Shown here piece by piece: positions 1 through 14,311 of a DNA stretch of 64,000 nt. The translations under genes and the position numbers were made by a program. Under the pieces are notes generated by a model. That model saw nothing but the letters and a program-made list of their open reading frames with translations. It had not been told where the DNA came from and did no database searches. Position 1 is the stretch's first letter. The number at the start of each line of letters is the position of its first letter. Location: assembly GCA_053919585.1 (NCBI GenBank), contig CM132797.1; one strand, 5' to 3'. This DNA comes from Euprymna scolopes (taxonomy: Eukaryota).

Positions 1-3000
1 TAACCTTGCAAAATTTATGGAAGAGTGTAAAAGCCTGTTGAATTTAAAACAAGACAATGCACGTATGAAGAGAAAAATATTGCTAAAGTTCAAAGGGTTA
101 AACAACGTGTCCCCTATGAAACAACACTGTAGAGTATGTGGAGAAAAATCACATCGCAAATAAAATATGTTATGAGTGCGGACATTACGTTATAAAGCAA
201 CGGAACGCAAAAAAGTAAGTAAGCCTAAAAGATGTAATAATATAGGATCTAAAAAAGAGTCCATGAATTGTAAGAAAAGAAAATACATTGACGTCAAAAT
301 TAATGGCTGGAAAGTAAATTGGCTTCTGTATACTGGGAGTGATATATCTGTAAGTTATGAAGCAACTTGGAAGGAAAAATGATATCGAAAGTTATATGAT
401 AAAGAAAAAAATACCAGAGTTTTTCTGTAAATAGCATAACATTCAAAAGTGAATTTATCCAAATGTGACATTGAATGAAAATACAATAAAGACCAATTGT
501 ATGCCATACCATGAAAAAATTCTAATAGCTTTTGTATCGACTTGATGATACAAATAAATTTATGAGAGGAACACATACACCTGTGCGAATTTCTCAACTG
601 GATTAAATCATTGCTTAAAAGACTATAACTATTCGCTCCCTATATCCGAGGAAATTGAATGGTGGAAGCATTTTCTCAGAAAGTCATTTCTTAGAGGCAT
701 ATTTGCACGTCTAAATCCAGAAAAACTTTTCAAATTACCTGGCTGTAAATACCTATAAGGATTATTTGCCCTTAAACGGTTAACTTTTGGTTTGAAAGTA
801 GCCCAAAATGTATTCCAACAAATTATGGATACCATGTTAGCAGGCCTAGATTTTTCAATGGCTGACTTGGACGACATTCTAATAAAAAGCCATAATGTTG
901 AAGAACATATAATCCATCTTCCTGACGTATTCGAGAGAATGGCACACTACAGATCTAAAGTGCCTCTCGAAAAAAGTGAAATCGGTATGGATAAGAATTG
1001 AATATTTAGGACAAATAATTAATCGGAAAGATAAAAGACCTAACACGATTAAGACAGAAGCAATTAGAGGCATGCTTAGTCCGTACAGTGTAGTGAAAGT
1101 AATGTCATTCTAAGGTCTAGCGAACTACTATAATCTTTATATCCTAAAGATGCATGAATTTAGAGCACCGTTGAATGAATTATTGAAAAAGAAGAACAAA
1201 CGACACTGGACAAAGGAGTGTGATGAAGCATTAAAAAATAAATAAAAGTGTTTGTTATACGATCTAGCTTTGTCACATTACAATCCAAAGAAGGAGTTAA
1301 TTCTAACAACAGTTGCGATCGAATACGGTTTAGGAGCCGTGCTTCTACACAGATTAGAAGATGGGTCTACAGATCCAATTGATTACGCCTCAAGAGATTT
1401 ATTACCCGCAGAAAAAATGCAGTAAAATTGAGAAAGAAAGTCTGGCATTTGGGCACGCTATGAAAAAATACATTCATAAAAGATAAATTGTCTTGCAAAT
1501 AGACCACATGTCCATATTTGATTAAAAAATATGTTTCTACCCATACCGTGAACAGAATTCAGCAATTTAGCATTATTTTGCTTAACTACAATTTTACAAT
1601 TAAACACCATTCATCAAAACTCCACATACAGATAGTCTATTCAGGCTGATTTAAAGTAAAACGGAAGTGCTCGAAGAAACGGTTACGCCAATACTAAAAG
1701 AAGAAAATGAACCAACGGACATACTAATACATATAGTTAGAGAATTACCTGTAATAAAAGAAGCAGCGAAAATGGATAAACGCATTAACAAGATAAAAAA
1801 CGAAAAGAAGAAATAGAGGATTCAAAGTGTTTCCATTGTCGATGTGTGACGAAACTACATCATGCAGATAGAGAGGCTATACAGCAAGTGTTATAAATGA
1901 AAATTCTGAAAAATTACATGAGACATCATGTAATCTCCAGAATGACAGCTCTAATGAGAGAATATACATACTGGCCTAAAATGGACTAGGACATAGGCAA
2001 ATAGTACAACCATGTAAAGGTTGCTTACTAGCAGCGAATGCGCCACCCATAAGGCCGCAGCCCTGGCCAAAAACAGATGTATCCTAGACATGCATTCATT
2101 TATATTACGCAGGATCAATGAAAAGATATTATTACATGTAATCATCGATAGTTGTTGTAAAAAATGACCGATAATTTATAAATCTAAAACACTCCACAGA
2201 TGCAAACACTATAAGGCGTTAGACGAGGTATTTGGTAGTTTCTGGGTACCAAAAACAAGAGTTCGTTACAATAGTGCAATGCTCACAGGACGTGAATTTA
2301 AGGATTATGGTGAGTCACTTGCCATAGAACAAATCCCAACACACACTTATAACTCTCTGTCTAACGCGCAAGCAGAAAGCTGTCGATACATTCAAAAGAG
2401 CATTGAAAAAGAATAACAAAATCGGCCCTACAGAAAAGAGTATTAAAAATCCCTAACAATTTATAAGATAACGTCAAACCAGAATAGTAACGCAAATTGA
2501 TCACCAGCTCAAATAATGTTTACCAGAAAAGTACGTTCTCTGTTCGACCGTTGTATTTCGAGAAAAAAATTAAAAAAATATTAAAATGCAAACTACAGTA
2601 CGTATAAGGACGGTGGTAAAGTGTGTTTTAAAAGCTATCGGACAGGGAAGTGTTTTGGAAGATAGCATAGTCTCGAAAAGAATTGGGAGAATGGACTATA
2701 TTATAAAAAAAGCACATATCCCCATAAAAGACATATAAAGCAATTAAGAGCAATATATATAGAAACGGTGGATAACCGACAGCGTCCAACAGAAATGTTT
2801 TTACGGCATGTATTAAATTTAATTTAAAAACAAAGGACATACGACGGAAAGTATGAGTAACTCCGAAACCTAGTCACTCTCTAACATCGATGAATTTACA
2901 AAGGCAAACTGTAAGGAGAAATGAAAGAAAAAGGAAAGGATTGAACACTTTGGTTCAAGCTCTAAAAGAACTAAATGGTAAAACCAAATTCTAAGAAAGA

Positions 3001-3018
3001 ATTTCGCTTGGGGGAAGG
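1..3018 (+). mobile_element. Decayed Ty3/Gypsy LTR retrotransposon internal region (gag zinc knuckle, protease, RT, RNase H, integrase), many stops and frameshifts
   Basis: CRVCGEKSH knuckle ~128-155; LLYTGSDISV (DTGS protease) ~320-350; RLTFGLKVAQNVFQQIMDTMLAGLDFSMADLDDILI (RT) ~777-885; EYGLGAVLLH (RNase H) ~1320-1350; integrase-like YWPKMD and SNAQAE ~1970-2380; polypurine tract ggggaagg ending at 3018. Confidence 0.9.
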
Positions 3019-3333
3019 TGTTACAATGAAATGATCTAGCTTCTCTCCATACAATAAGGTACAGACAATGTCGAAATATTTTCCCGGGAGTTCTGAAGAG
3101 ATCGAGCGAAAAATACTCTAGTATTGTATCTGCTTTTTACAGAAACCTGCGTTAATACGTTAATACCCTAAGTGAATGTCCATCGGCCTGAGTTTCAAAC
3201 CTCAGAAAGGAAAAGTGAAGCTACGATTAAAGAACAAACTGGTACTTTGAGCCACGTACCTTCAATAAGAGAACCAATCATTATAATGTAGTTATTAAAT
3301 ATCAAAATTTGTTGTGTGATAAGTAACTTCACA
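3019..3333 (+). mobile_element. Probable 3' LTR of the Gypsy element (right end uncertain)
   Basis: TGTTACA starts directly after the polypurine tract; candidate ...CA end at 3333; no partner LTR in the window. Confidence 0.45.
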
Positions 3334-3974
3334 GGTGAAGAATACATTAAAACACCTTTTTGGAGAAATGTTACAATTTAATTCAGTGACTTATCATAGA
3401 AAGAAATTATATTCTTGAATTTAAAAAATACATGTTTCTACAGAATTAGAGGAAATGCTTTCCAATAGTATAACTAAAAATATGTGGATTAAACAATCCT
3501 AAGTTGCTCTTGACGAAAGCAAATATTTAAATGATTTGTCTTGTTTAGCCGTGTTTACAAGATATGAAAATAATCATATATGTGAAGAGTTGTGTTGCTT
3601 GGTCCCCCCTTCATAACACAACTAAGCCGAAAGGCATTTCAAATACATTCATGAATTTTACGATACATAAAATTTATTTAAATTTTACAGTGTAACAACC
3701 GATATTGCTGCTGTAATCGTTGTCAAGAACACAAAAAAATTGCAAAATTTATTGAAAATAATTTTGGTCGGAAACTTTGTAATTTCATTCTATTATACAC
3801 CAGGAGAGGTTATCCATGAATATAGCAACTGTGGTGGCTACTGTTATAGGAATGGTCGTATTTATTTGTGCTAATTCTTCACTGGTACGCAGGCGGTTCG
3901 TGACATTTACAAGAAATGTGTGGAGATAGATATTTCAGCTAGATGGTAACGTTCGAGACAAATTTATAGTAGAT

Positions 3975-4283
3975 TTACAGATGTCTAAGCCCATGGTTTA
4001 TTATATATGTTTTAGACTATGGTTTATTACATATATCTTAGACTATGGTTTATTGCAGATGTCTTAGACTATGGTTTATTACATATGCCTTAGACTATGG
4101 TTTATTACATATGCCTTAGACTATGGTTTATTATATATGTCTTAGACTATGGTTTATTGCAGATGCCTTAGACTATGGTTTATTATATATGTCATACACT
4201 ATGGTTTATTGCAGATGCCTTAGACTATGGTTTATTGAAAATGTCTTAGACTATGGTTTATTACATATGCCTTAGACTATGGT
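3975..4283. repeat. 26-bp satellite, left part (consensus ATGTCTTAGACTATGGTTTATTRCAK)
   Basis: Head-to-tail 26-nt units read directly from the sequence. Confidence 0.97.
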
Positions 4284-6808
4284 TTTTTTGTTTTTTTTTT
4301 ACAAAGGCATCACCACATTATCAAGGCCCAGAGGCCACTCAAGGATAAGGGTTAAAGAGTGTACAGTAGAAGTTGGTCAATATAGTAATCATTAGTAATG
4401 AAAATTTGGTAAATTTAATAACTTATATGGAACGGCTCATCAAGAACTTATTTACCTTAGACTTGAACACAACCATATTGTAGTCAGCCGGAAAGCAGGA
4501 AAACGGAAGACAATTCCACAGGCGTGCAGTTCTAAGAAAGAAGCTTTGTTCATGGAATCTATGTTTAGGTTTAGGCACAGATAAAGAGTGGGGGAAATTA
4601 TTGATAGTGTGTACAGCTAGACGAGTGTTTCTTGTGAAAGTTTGGCGAGGGGGGACCATAGATTGAAGCTCAGTTGAACACTTTCCATGAAAATAACGAT
4701 ACATCAGAGACAAACTCGCAACATCTCCTCTGTGAGATAGAGGTTGTAAGGAGGAGAAAAGGACATCTCCTACGAGGCTACGAAGTCTATTTTGAACTCT
4801 ATCAAGGCAGGACAAGTCCTTTCTAGCAGCTCCTGCCCAGATGTGGCAACAGTATTCCATCCTTGGACGTACCTGGCTCTTATATAGATAGAGAATAGCA
4901 TCAGCAGTGAGATATCTACTGGATCGATAGAAAGATCCCACCATTTTTCCAGCGGCCTTTGCAACAGATTTGATATACGTATTCCATTTAAGATCAGGAG
5001 TAATGGTCAAGCCCAGAAGCTTGTCAAAACTTGAGGCCTCCTGAAGACGAGAGCCATTCATTTCAATTGATGACAAATGTGGATTAAAATGTTGATGATG
5101 TAAAGAGAGAAGCTTGGTTTTAGATGCATTAAAAGTAACCAGCCACTCCTTTCCCAATTGTACTACATGCTCAAGATCAGAGGAGAGAGAATTGGAGAGT
5201 ACTTGCTCGTTTACTGCCTTAGATGTGGTACCATAAATGGTAGTGTCGTCAGCATAAATGTCTACAAATGATGTAAGGATATGATTTGGAAGATCATTAA
5301 TGTAGATCAGGAAAAGAGTTGGGCCCAGGATGGATCCCTGAGGGACACCGGCATTAATACTGTGAGCTTCTGATTTTTGCCCCTCAACTACTACTCTTAT
5401 GAACCTATCAGAAAGAAATGATTTAATAATTGAGAAGACTTTTCCAGCTATACCATAGCTAGCGATCTTATGAAGTAAACCTTTATGCCATACCCTATCA
5501 AAGGCTTTAGATATGTCAAGAGCAATTGCCCTAGAAAGATTGTCACCGTCGAGAGATTTGCTAATCCTATGCGATATAACTGTAAGGACATCTGCTGTAG
5601 ATCTAGCAGAACGGAAACCATATTGAGTGTCACTAAGAAGGTTATTTTTGTTGAGATGTTTGATTACTTCTGTATTTAACACAGATTCTAGCAACTTACT
5701 CATGACGCACAGGAGACTTATTGGCCTGTACTGAGAGGGGGATGAGCGATCACCTGAATTCTTAAATACAGGGCATACTGATGAGATTTTCCAGGGAGAT
5801 GGGAAATTATTCTCCTTAAGACAACGTTTAAACAGTTTTGTAAGTATGGGCGCTAGTTCAGGTTGAAGTTTTTTGAGTACTATAATTGGAATACCATCAG
5901 GGCCAGTTGCTTTACTCGAATCAAGGTTTTTGATTAGCTTCGCAACATCACGTACAGATATACGTATATCACATAGCGTGTTTTCTGATACAGGAGGAAA
6001 TATTGGGGGTTGGCGGTCTTGGTCGCAAAGGGTAGAATTAGCTGCAAAGTTCTTGACAAAGAGTTTGGCTTTGTCTGATGCTGACGAGATTACCTCAGGT
6101 CCATTGATAATAGTTGGGATGGAGCACACGCTTCTGTTCAGGATTCTGTTTGCTATTTGCCAAAACTGGTGGGAACCAAGCCGCTGCTCAGCTACTTTGG
6201 ACTTAACAGATTGAGCATACAACTCTCTTGCGTTCCTTATTACTTTCTTACAATGGTTGCTGGCAGTCCTGAAAACGGCTTTAGTTTCCATACATCTATT
6301 ACGTTTGAAGCAGTGGAAAAAGTGATTTCTGTGCGCAATGGCAGCAGCACATTCTGGAGAGAACCATGGCTGGCTGTTAGGTTTTTGCTGAAACTTGTTA
6401 GAGGGTATAAAATGGTCAATACCTACAATTAACCATTCAGTTAGGTCTAATACTATAGAGGACACATCCTTTTTAAACATGGAATGCAGAGGTAGATCAG
6501 ATATAAATGTACGGAAGCTATCCCAGTCAGCCTTAGTGTATCGATATACTGTACGATGAAGAGGTACGTCTGGGGACTTATTACATTTCATTTTTATCTT
6601 AATTGATACAACAGAGTGGTCGGAAGATCCAAGAGGCGACAGAACAGAAACTGAACATAGTTCAGGGCAAGTTGTGAGAAAAAGTTCTAGTAGGCTCGCA
6701 TACTGGCCGTCATTATCGGGCACACGGGTAGGTTCCTGAACAATCTGAGTGAGGTCATAGGCAATGGAGAAATCATGACAGAACCTCCCCTCATAATCGG
6801 TCTTGTTT
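4284..6808 (-). mobile_element. 5'-truncated non-LTR retrotransposon (CR1/Jockey-group LINE, clade unresolved) inserted in the satellite
   Basis: Poly(A) tail seen as poly-T at ~4284-4300, short 3' UTR, open ORF2; satellite resumes in phase at ~6809. Confidence 0.95.
4423..6808 (-). CDS. LINE ORF2: C-terminal part of APE endonuclease plus reverse transcriptase, no native start
   Basis: 766-aa ORF 4423-6723, frame stays open to ~6808 (NKTDYEGRFCHDFSIAYDLTQIVQEPTRV); SDH endonuclease motif; KATGPDGIP, YRPISLL, QYGFR, LDISKAFDRVWH, GVPQGSILGPTLFLIYINDL, YADD. Confidence 0.93.
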
Positions 6809-9800
6809 GTTTATTGCAGATGCCTTAGACTATGGGTTATTACATATGCCTTAGACTATGGTTTATTGCAGATGTCTTAGACTATGGTTTATTGCAGATG
6901 TCTTAGACTATGGTTTATTACAGATGGCTTAGACTATGGTTTATTGCAGATATCTTAGACTATGGTTTATTGCAGATGTCTTATACTATGGTTTATTGCA
7001 GATGTCTTAGACTATGGTTTATTACAGATGTCTTAGACTATGGTTTATTACCTGTGTCTAAGACTATGGTTTATTACATATGTCTTAGACTATGGATTAT
7101 TACAGATGTCTTAGACTATGGTTTCTTCGAAATGTCTTAGACTATGGTTTCTTCGAGATGTCTAAGGCTTTAGTTTATTGCAGATGTCTTAGACTATTGT
7201 TTATTGCAGATGTCTTGGACTATAGTTTATTACACATGTTTTAGACTATAGTTTATTACAGACGTCTTGGACTATTGTTTATTACATATGTCTTAGAATA
7301 TGGTTTATTGCAGATGCCTTAGACTATGGTTTATTGCAGATGTCTTAGACTATGGTTTATTACATATGGCTTAGGCTATGGTTTATTGCAGATGTCTTGG
7401 ACTATGGTTTATTGCAGATGTCTTAGACTATGGTTTATTACAGATGTCTTAGACTATGGTTTATTACAGATGTCTTAGACTATGGTTTTTGCAGATATCT
7501 TAGACAATGGTTTATTACATATGTCTTAGACTATGGTTTATTACAGATGTCTTAGACTATGGTTTTGCAGATGTCTTATACTATTGTTTTTTACAGATGT
7601 CTTAGACTATGGTTTATTGCAGATGTCTTAGACTATGGTTTATTACATATGTCTTAGACTATGGTTTATTGCCGACGTCTTAGACTATGGTTTATTACAT
7701 ATGTCTTAGACTATAGTGTATTGCAGATGTCTAAGACTATGGTTTATTGCAGATTCTTAGACTATGGTTTATTACAGATGTCTTAGCCAATGGTTTACTA
7801 CATATGGCTTAGACTATGGCTTATTACAGATGTCTTAGAATATGGTTTATTACAGATGTCTTAGACTATGGTTTCTTCGAGATGTCTTAGACTATGGTTA
7901 TTGCAGATGTCTTAGACTATGGTTTATTACATATGTCTTAGACTATTGTTTATTGCAGATGTCTAAGACTATGGTTTTTTGCGAATGTCTTAGACTATGG
8001 TTTATTACAGATGCCTTAGCCTATGGTTTATTACATATGTCTTAGACTATGGTTTATTACAGATGTTTAGACTATTGGTTATTGCAGATGTCTTAGTCTA
8101 TGGTTTAATGCAGATGTCTTAGACTATGGTATGTTGCAGATGTCTTATACTATTGTTTATTGCAGAGTTCTTAGACTATGGTTTGTTACATATGTCTTAG
8201 ACTATTGCTTATTACATATGTCTTAGGCTATAGTTTATTGCAGATGTCTTAGGTTATGGTTATTGCCGATGTCTTAGACTATGGTTTATTGCAGAGTTCT
8301 TAGACTATCGTTTATTGCAGATGTCTTAGACTTTGGTTTATTACATATGTATTAGAGTATGGTTTATTGCCGATGTCTTAGACTATGGGTTATTACATAT
8401 GTCTAAGACTATGGTTTATACAGATGTCTTAGACTATGGTTTATTGCAGATGTCTTAGACTATTGTTTATTACATATGTCTTAGAATATGGTTTATTGCA
8501 GATGCCTTAGACTATGGTTTATTGCAGATGTCTTAGACTATGGTTTATAACATATGCCTTAGGCTATATTTTATTGCAGATGTCTTAGACTATGGTTTAT
8601 TGCAGATGTCTTAGACTATGGTTTATAACATATGCCTTAGGCTATATTTATTGCAGATGCCTTAGACTATGGTTTATTGCAGATGTCTTAGACTATGGTT
8701 TATTACAGATGTCTAAGACTATTCTTTATTACAGATGTCTTAGACTATGGTTTATTGCAGATGTCTTAGACTATGGTTTATTACATATGTCTTAGACTAT
8801 GGTTTATTACAGATGTCTTTGACTATGGTTTTTGCAGATGTCTTATACAATGTTTTTTTACAGATGTCTTAGACTGTGGTTTTTTGCAGAAGTCTTAGAC
8901 TATAGTTTCTTCGAGATGTCTATGACTATTGTTTATTAAATATGTCTTAGGCTATGGTTTATTGCAGATGTCTTAGACTATGGTTTATTGCAGATGTCTT
9001 AGACTATGGTATACTACATATGTTTTGTACTATGGTTTATTACAGGTGCCCTAGACTATGGTTTTTTTCAGATGTATTAGACTATAGTTTATTATATATG
9101 TCTTAGACTATGGTTTATTGCCGATGTCTTAGACTATGGTTTACTACATATGTCTTAGACTATGGTTTTTTGCAGATTTCTTAGACTATGGTTTATTGCA
9201 GATTCTTAGACTATGGTTTATTACAGATGTCTTCGCCTATGGTTTACTACATATGGCCTAGACTATGGCTTTTTACACATGTCTTAGACTCTGGTTTATT
9301 ACAGATGTCTGAGACTATGGTTTCTTCGAGATGTGGTAGACAATGGTTTATTGCAGGTGTCTTAGACTATGGTTTATTGCAGATGTCTTATACTATAATT
9401 TATTACCTGTGTCTAAGACTATGGTTTATTACATATGTCTTAGACTATGGATTATTACATATGTCTTAGACTATTGTTTCTTCGAAATGTCTTAGACTAT
9501 GGTTTCTTCGAGATGTCTAAGGCTTTAGTTTATTGCAGATGTCTTAGACTATTGTTTATTGCAGATGTCTTGGACTATAGTTTATTACACATGTTTTAGA
9601 CTATTGTTTATTACAGACGTCTTAGACTATTGATTATTACATATGTCTTAGAATATGGTTTATTGCAGATGCCTTAGACTATGGTTTATTGCAGATGTCT
9701 TAGACTATGGTTTATTACATATGACTTAGGCTATGGTTTATTGCAGATGTCTTAGACTATGGTTTATTGCAGATGTCTTAGACTATGGTTTATGTCAGAT

Positions 9801-12800
9801 GTCTTAGACTATGGTTTATTACAGATGTCTTAGACTATAGTTTTGGCAGATATCTTAGACAATGGTTTATTACATATGTCTTAGACTATGGTTTATTACA
9901 GATGTCTTAGACTATGGTTTTGCAGATGTCTTATACTATTGTTTTTACAGATGTCTTAGACTATGGTTTATTGCAGATGTCTTAGACTATGGTTTATTAC
10001 ATATGTCTTAGACTATGGTTTATTGCCGACGTCTTAGACTATGGTTTATTACATATGTCTTAGACTATAGTGTATTGCAGATGTCTAAGACTATGGTTTA
10101 TTGCAGATTCTTAGACTATGGTTTATTACAGATGTCTTAGCCAATTGTTTACTACATATGGCTTAGACTATGGCTTATTACAGATGTCTTAGAATATGGT
10201 TTATTACAGATGTCTTAGACTATGGTTTCTTCGAGATGTCTTAGACTATGGTTATTGCAGATGTCTTAGACTATGGTTTATTATAGATGTCTTCGAGTAT
10301 AGTTTATTGCAGATGTCTAAGACTATGGTTTATTGCAGATGTCTTAGACTATGGCTTATTACATATGTCTTAGACTATTGTTTATTGCAGATGTCTAAGA
10401 CTATGGTTTATTGCGAATGCCTTAGACTATGGTTTATTGCAGATGTCTTAGACTATGGTTTATTACAGATGTCTTAGACTATGGTTTATTACATATGTCT
10501 TAGATTATGGTTTATAAAAGATGTCTTAGACAATGGTTTATTACATATATCTTTGACTATGGTTTATTGCAGATTTCTTAGACTATGGTTTATTACAGAT
10601 GTCGGAGACTATTGTTTCTTCGAGATGTCTAAGAATATGGTGTATTACATATGTCTGAGGCTATGGTTTATTGCAGATGTCTTAGACTATGGTTTATTAC
10701 AGATGTCTTAGACTATGGTTTATTAAATAGGTTTTAGACTATAGTTTATTACAGAGTTTATAGACTATGGTTTATTGCAGATGTCTTAGACTATGGTTAT
10801 TACATATGTATGAGACTATGGTTTATTGCCGATGTCTTTGAGTATGGGTTATTACATATGTCTAAGACTATGGTTTATTACAGATGTCTTAGACTATGAT
10901 TTATTGTAGATGTAGATTGTTTATTGTCATAGATTATGGTTTATTAAAATTGTCTTAGACTATGGTTTATTACAGATGTATAAGACTATGGTTTATTACA
11001 TATGTCTGAGACTATGGTTTATTGAAGATGTCTTAGGCTATAGTTTATTGAAGATGTCTTAGGCTATGGTTTTTTTAGATGTCGTTGACTATGGTTTATT
11101 ACAGTTGTTTTAGACTAATGTTTCTTCGAGATGTCTTAGACTATGGTTTATTACATATGTCTTAGGCTATGGTGTATTACATATGTAAAGACTATGGTTT
11201 ATTACATATGTCTTAGACTATGGTTTATTGCAGATGTCTTAGACTATGGTGTATTACAGATGTCTTAGACTATGGTGTATTACGTATGTCTTAGATTATG
11301 TTTTTTTACAGATGTCTTAGACTATGGTTTATTTCAGATGTCTTAGAATATTGATTATTACATATGTCTTAGCCTATGGTTTATTGCAGCTATCTTAGAC
11401 TATGGTTTATTACAGATGCCTTAGCCTATGGTTTATTACATATGTCTTAGACTATGGTTTATTACAGATGTTTAGACTATTGGTTATTGCAGATGTCTTA
11501 GTCTATGGTTTTATGCAGATGTCTTAGACTATGGTATGTTGCAGATGTCTTATACTATTGTTTATTGAAGAGTTCTTAGACTATGGTTTATTGCATATGT
11601 CTTAGACTATGGTTTATTACATATGTATTAGAGTATGGTTTATTGCCGATGTCTTAGACTATGGGTTATTACATATGTCTAAGACTATGGTTTATACAGA
11701 TGTCTTAGACTATGGTTTATTGCAGATGTCTTAGACTATTGTTTATTACATATGTCTTAGAATATGGTTTATTGCCGATGCCTTAGACTATGGTTTATTG
11801 CAGATGTCTTAGACTATGGTTTATAACATATGCCTTAGGCTATATTTTATTGCAGATGCCTTAGACTATGGTTTATTGCAGATGTCTTAGACTATGGTTT
11901 ATTACAGATGTCTAAGACTATTCTTTATTACAGATGTCTTAGACTATGGTTTATTGCAGATGTCTTAGACTATGGTTTATTACATATGTCTTAGACTATG
12001 GTTTATTACAGATGTCTTAGACTATGGTTTTTGCAGATGTCTTATACTATGTTTTTTTACAGATGTCTTAGACTATGGTTTTTTGCAGAAGTCTTAGACT
12101 ATGGTTTATTCGAGAGGTCTATGACTATTGTTTATTAAATATGTCTTAGGCTATGGTTTATTTCAGATGTCTTAGACTATGGTTTATTGCAGATGTCTTA
12201 GACTATGGTGTACTACATATGTTTTGTACTATGGTTTATTACAGGTGCCTTAGACTATGGTTTATTTCAGATGTATTAGACTATAGTTTATTATATATGT
12301 CTTAGACTATGGTTTATTGCCGATGTCTTAGACTATGGTTTATTACATATGTCTTAGACTATGGTTTTTTGCAGATTTCTTAGACTATGGTTTATTGCAG
12401 ATTCTTAGACTATGGTTTATTACAGATGTCTTCGTCTATGGTTTACTACATATGGCTTAGACTATGGCTTTTTACACATGTCTTAAACTCTGGTTTATTA
12501 CAGATGTCTGAGACTATGGTTTCTTCGAGACGTGGTAGACAATGGTTTATTGCAGGTGTCTTAGACTGGTTTATTACAGATGTCTTCGACTATAGTTTAT
12601 TGCAGATGTCTAAGACTATGGTTTATTGCAGATGTCTTAGACTATGGTTTATTACATATGTCTTAGACTATTGTTTATTACAGATGTCTAAGACTATGGT
12701 TTATTGCGAATATCTTAGACTATGGTTTATTGCAGATGTCTTAGACTATGGTGTATTACACATGTCTTAGACTATGGTTTATTACATATGTTTTAGATTA

Positions 12801-14311
12801 TGGATTATTGAATATGTCTTAGACTGTGGTTTATTACATATGTCTTTGACAATGGTTTATTACAGATGTCTTAGACTATGGTGTATTACAGATGTTGTAG
12901 ACTATGGTGTCTTCTAGATGTCTTAGACTATGGTTTATTACATATGTCTGAGGCTATGGTTTATTGCAGGTGTCTTAGACTATGGTTTATTACAGATGTC
13001 TTAGACTATGGTTTATTACATATGTTTTAGACTATGGTTTATTACAGAGTTCTTAGACTATGGTTTATGTCAGATGTCTTAGACTATGGTTTATTACATA
13101 TGCATTAGACTATGGTTTATTGCCGATGTCTTAGACTATGGGTTATTACATATGTCTAAGACTATGGTTTATTACAGATGTCTTAGACTATGGTTTATTG
13201 TAGATGTCTTAGACTATGGTTTATTACAGATGTCTTAGAATATGATTTATTACAGATGTCTTAGACTATGGTTTATTGCAGATGTCTTAGACTATATTTT
13301 ATTGCCGATGTCTTAGACTATGGTTGATTACATATGTCTTAGACTATGGTTTATTGCAGATGTCTTAGGCTATTGTTTATTGCAGATGTATGAGGCTATG
13401 GAGTATAGCAGATGTCGTTTACTATGGTTTATTACATATGTCTTAGACTTTGGTTTCTTCGAGATGTCTTAGATTATGGTTTATTACATATGTCTTAGGC
13501 TATGGTTTATTGCAGATGTCTTAGACTATGGTTTATGACAGATGTCTTAGACTATGGTTTATTACATATGTCTTAGACTATGGTTTATTACAGATGTCTT
13601 AGACTATACTGTATTACATATGTCTTAGACTGTGGTTTTTTTACAGATGTCTTAGACTATGGTTTATTGCAGATGTCTTAGACTATGGTTGTTTGCAGAT
13701 GTCTTAGACTATGGTTTCTTACAGATGTCTTAGACTATGGTTTATGGCAGATGTCTTAGACTACGGTTTATGACATATGTCTTAGCCTATTGTTTATTGC
13801 AGCTATCTTAGACTATGGTTTATTACAGATGCCTTAGCCTGTGGTTTAGTACATATGTCTTAGACTATGGTTTATTACAGATGTCTTAGACTATGGGTTA
13901 TTGCAGATGTCTTAGACTATGGTTTATTGCAGATGTCTTCGACTATGGTTTATTGCAGATGTCTTAGACTATGGTTTATTGCAGATGTCTTAGCCTATGG
14001 TTTATTACAGATGTATTAGACTATGGCTTATTACAGATGTCTTAGGCTATAGTTTATTGCAGATGTCTTAGGCTATGGTTTATTGCCGATGTCTTAGACA
14101 AGGTTTATTGCAGGTGTCTTAGACTATGGTTTATTACATATGTCTTAGACTATGGTTTATTGCAGATGTCTTTCGCTATGGTGTATTGCACATGTCTTAG
14201 GCTATGGTTTATTGCAGATGTCTTAGGCTATCGTTTATTGCAGATGTCTTAGACTATGGTTTATTACAGATGTCTTGAGCTATGGTTTATTACAGATTCC
14301 TCAGGCTATGG
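6809..14311. repeat. 26-bp satellite, main part (~290 units) with kb-scale internal duplications
   Basis: Continuous 26-nt periodicity; diagnostic variant runs recur (e.g. cctgtgtctaag at 7051 and 9406). Confidence 0.98.

Noticed and set aside
6910-12770. Repetitive MVYxRCLRLWF ORFs
   Set aside because: Translation artefacts of a 26-bp unit; the consensus TAG recurs every 78 nt and ORFs appear only where it is mutated
3975-14311. CRISPR array
   Set aside because: Units are contiguous with no unique spacers, there are no cas genes, and the context is eukaryotic
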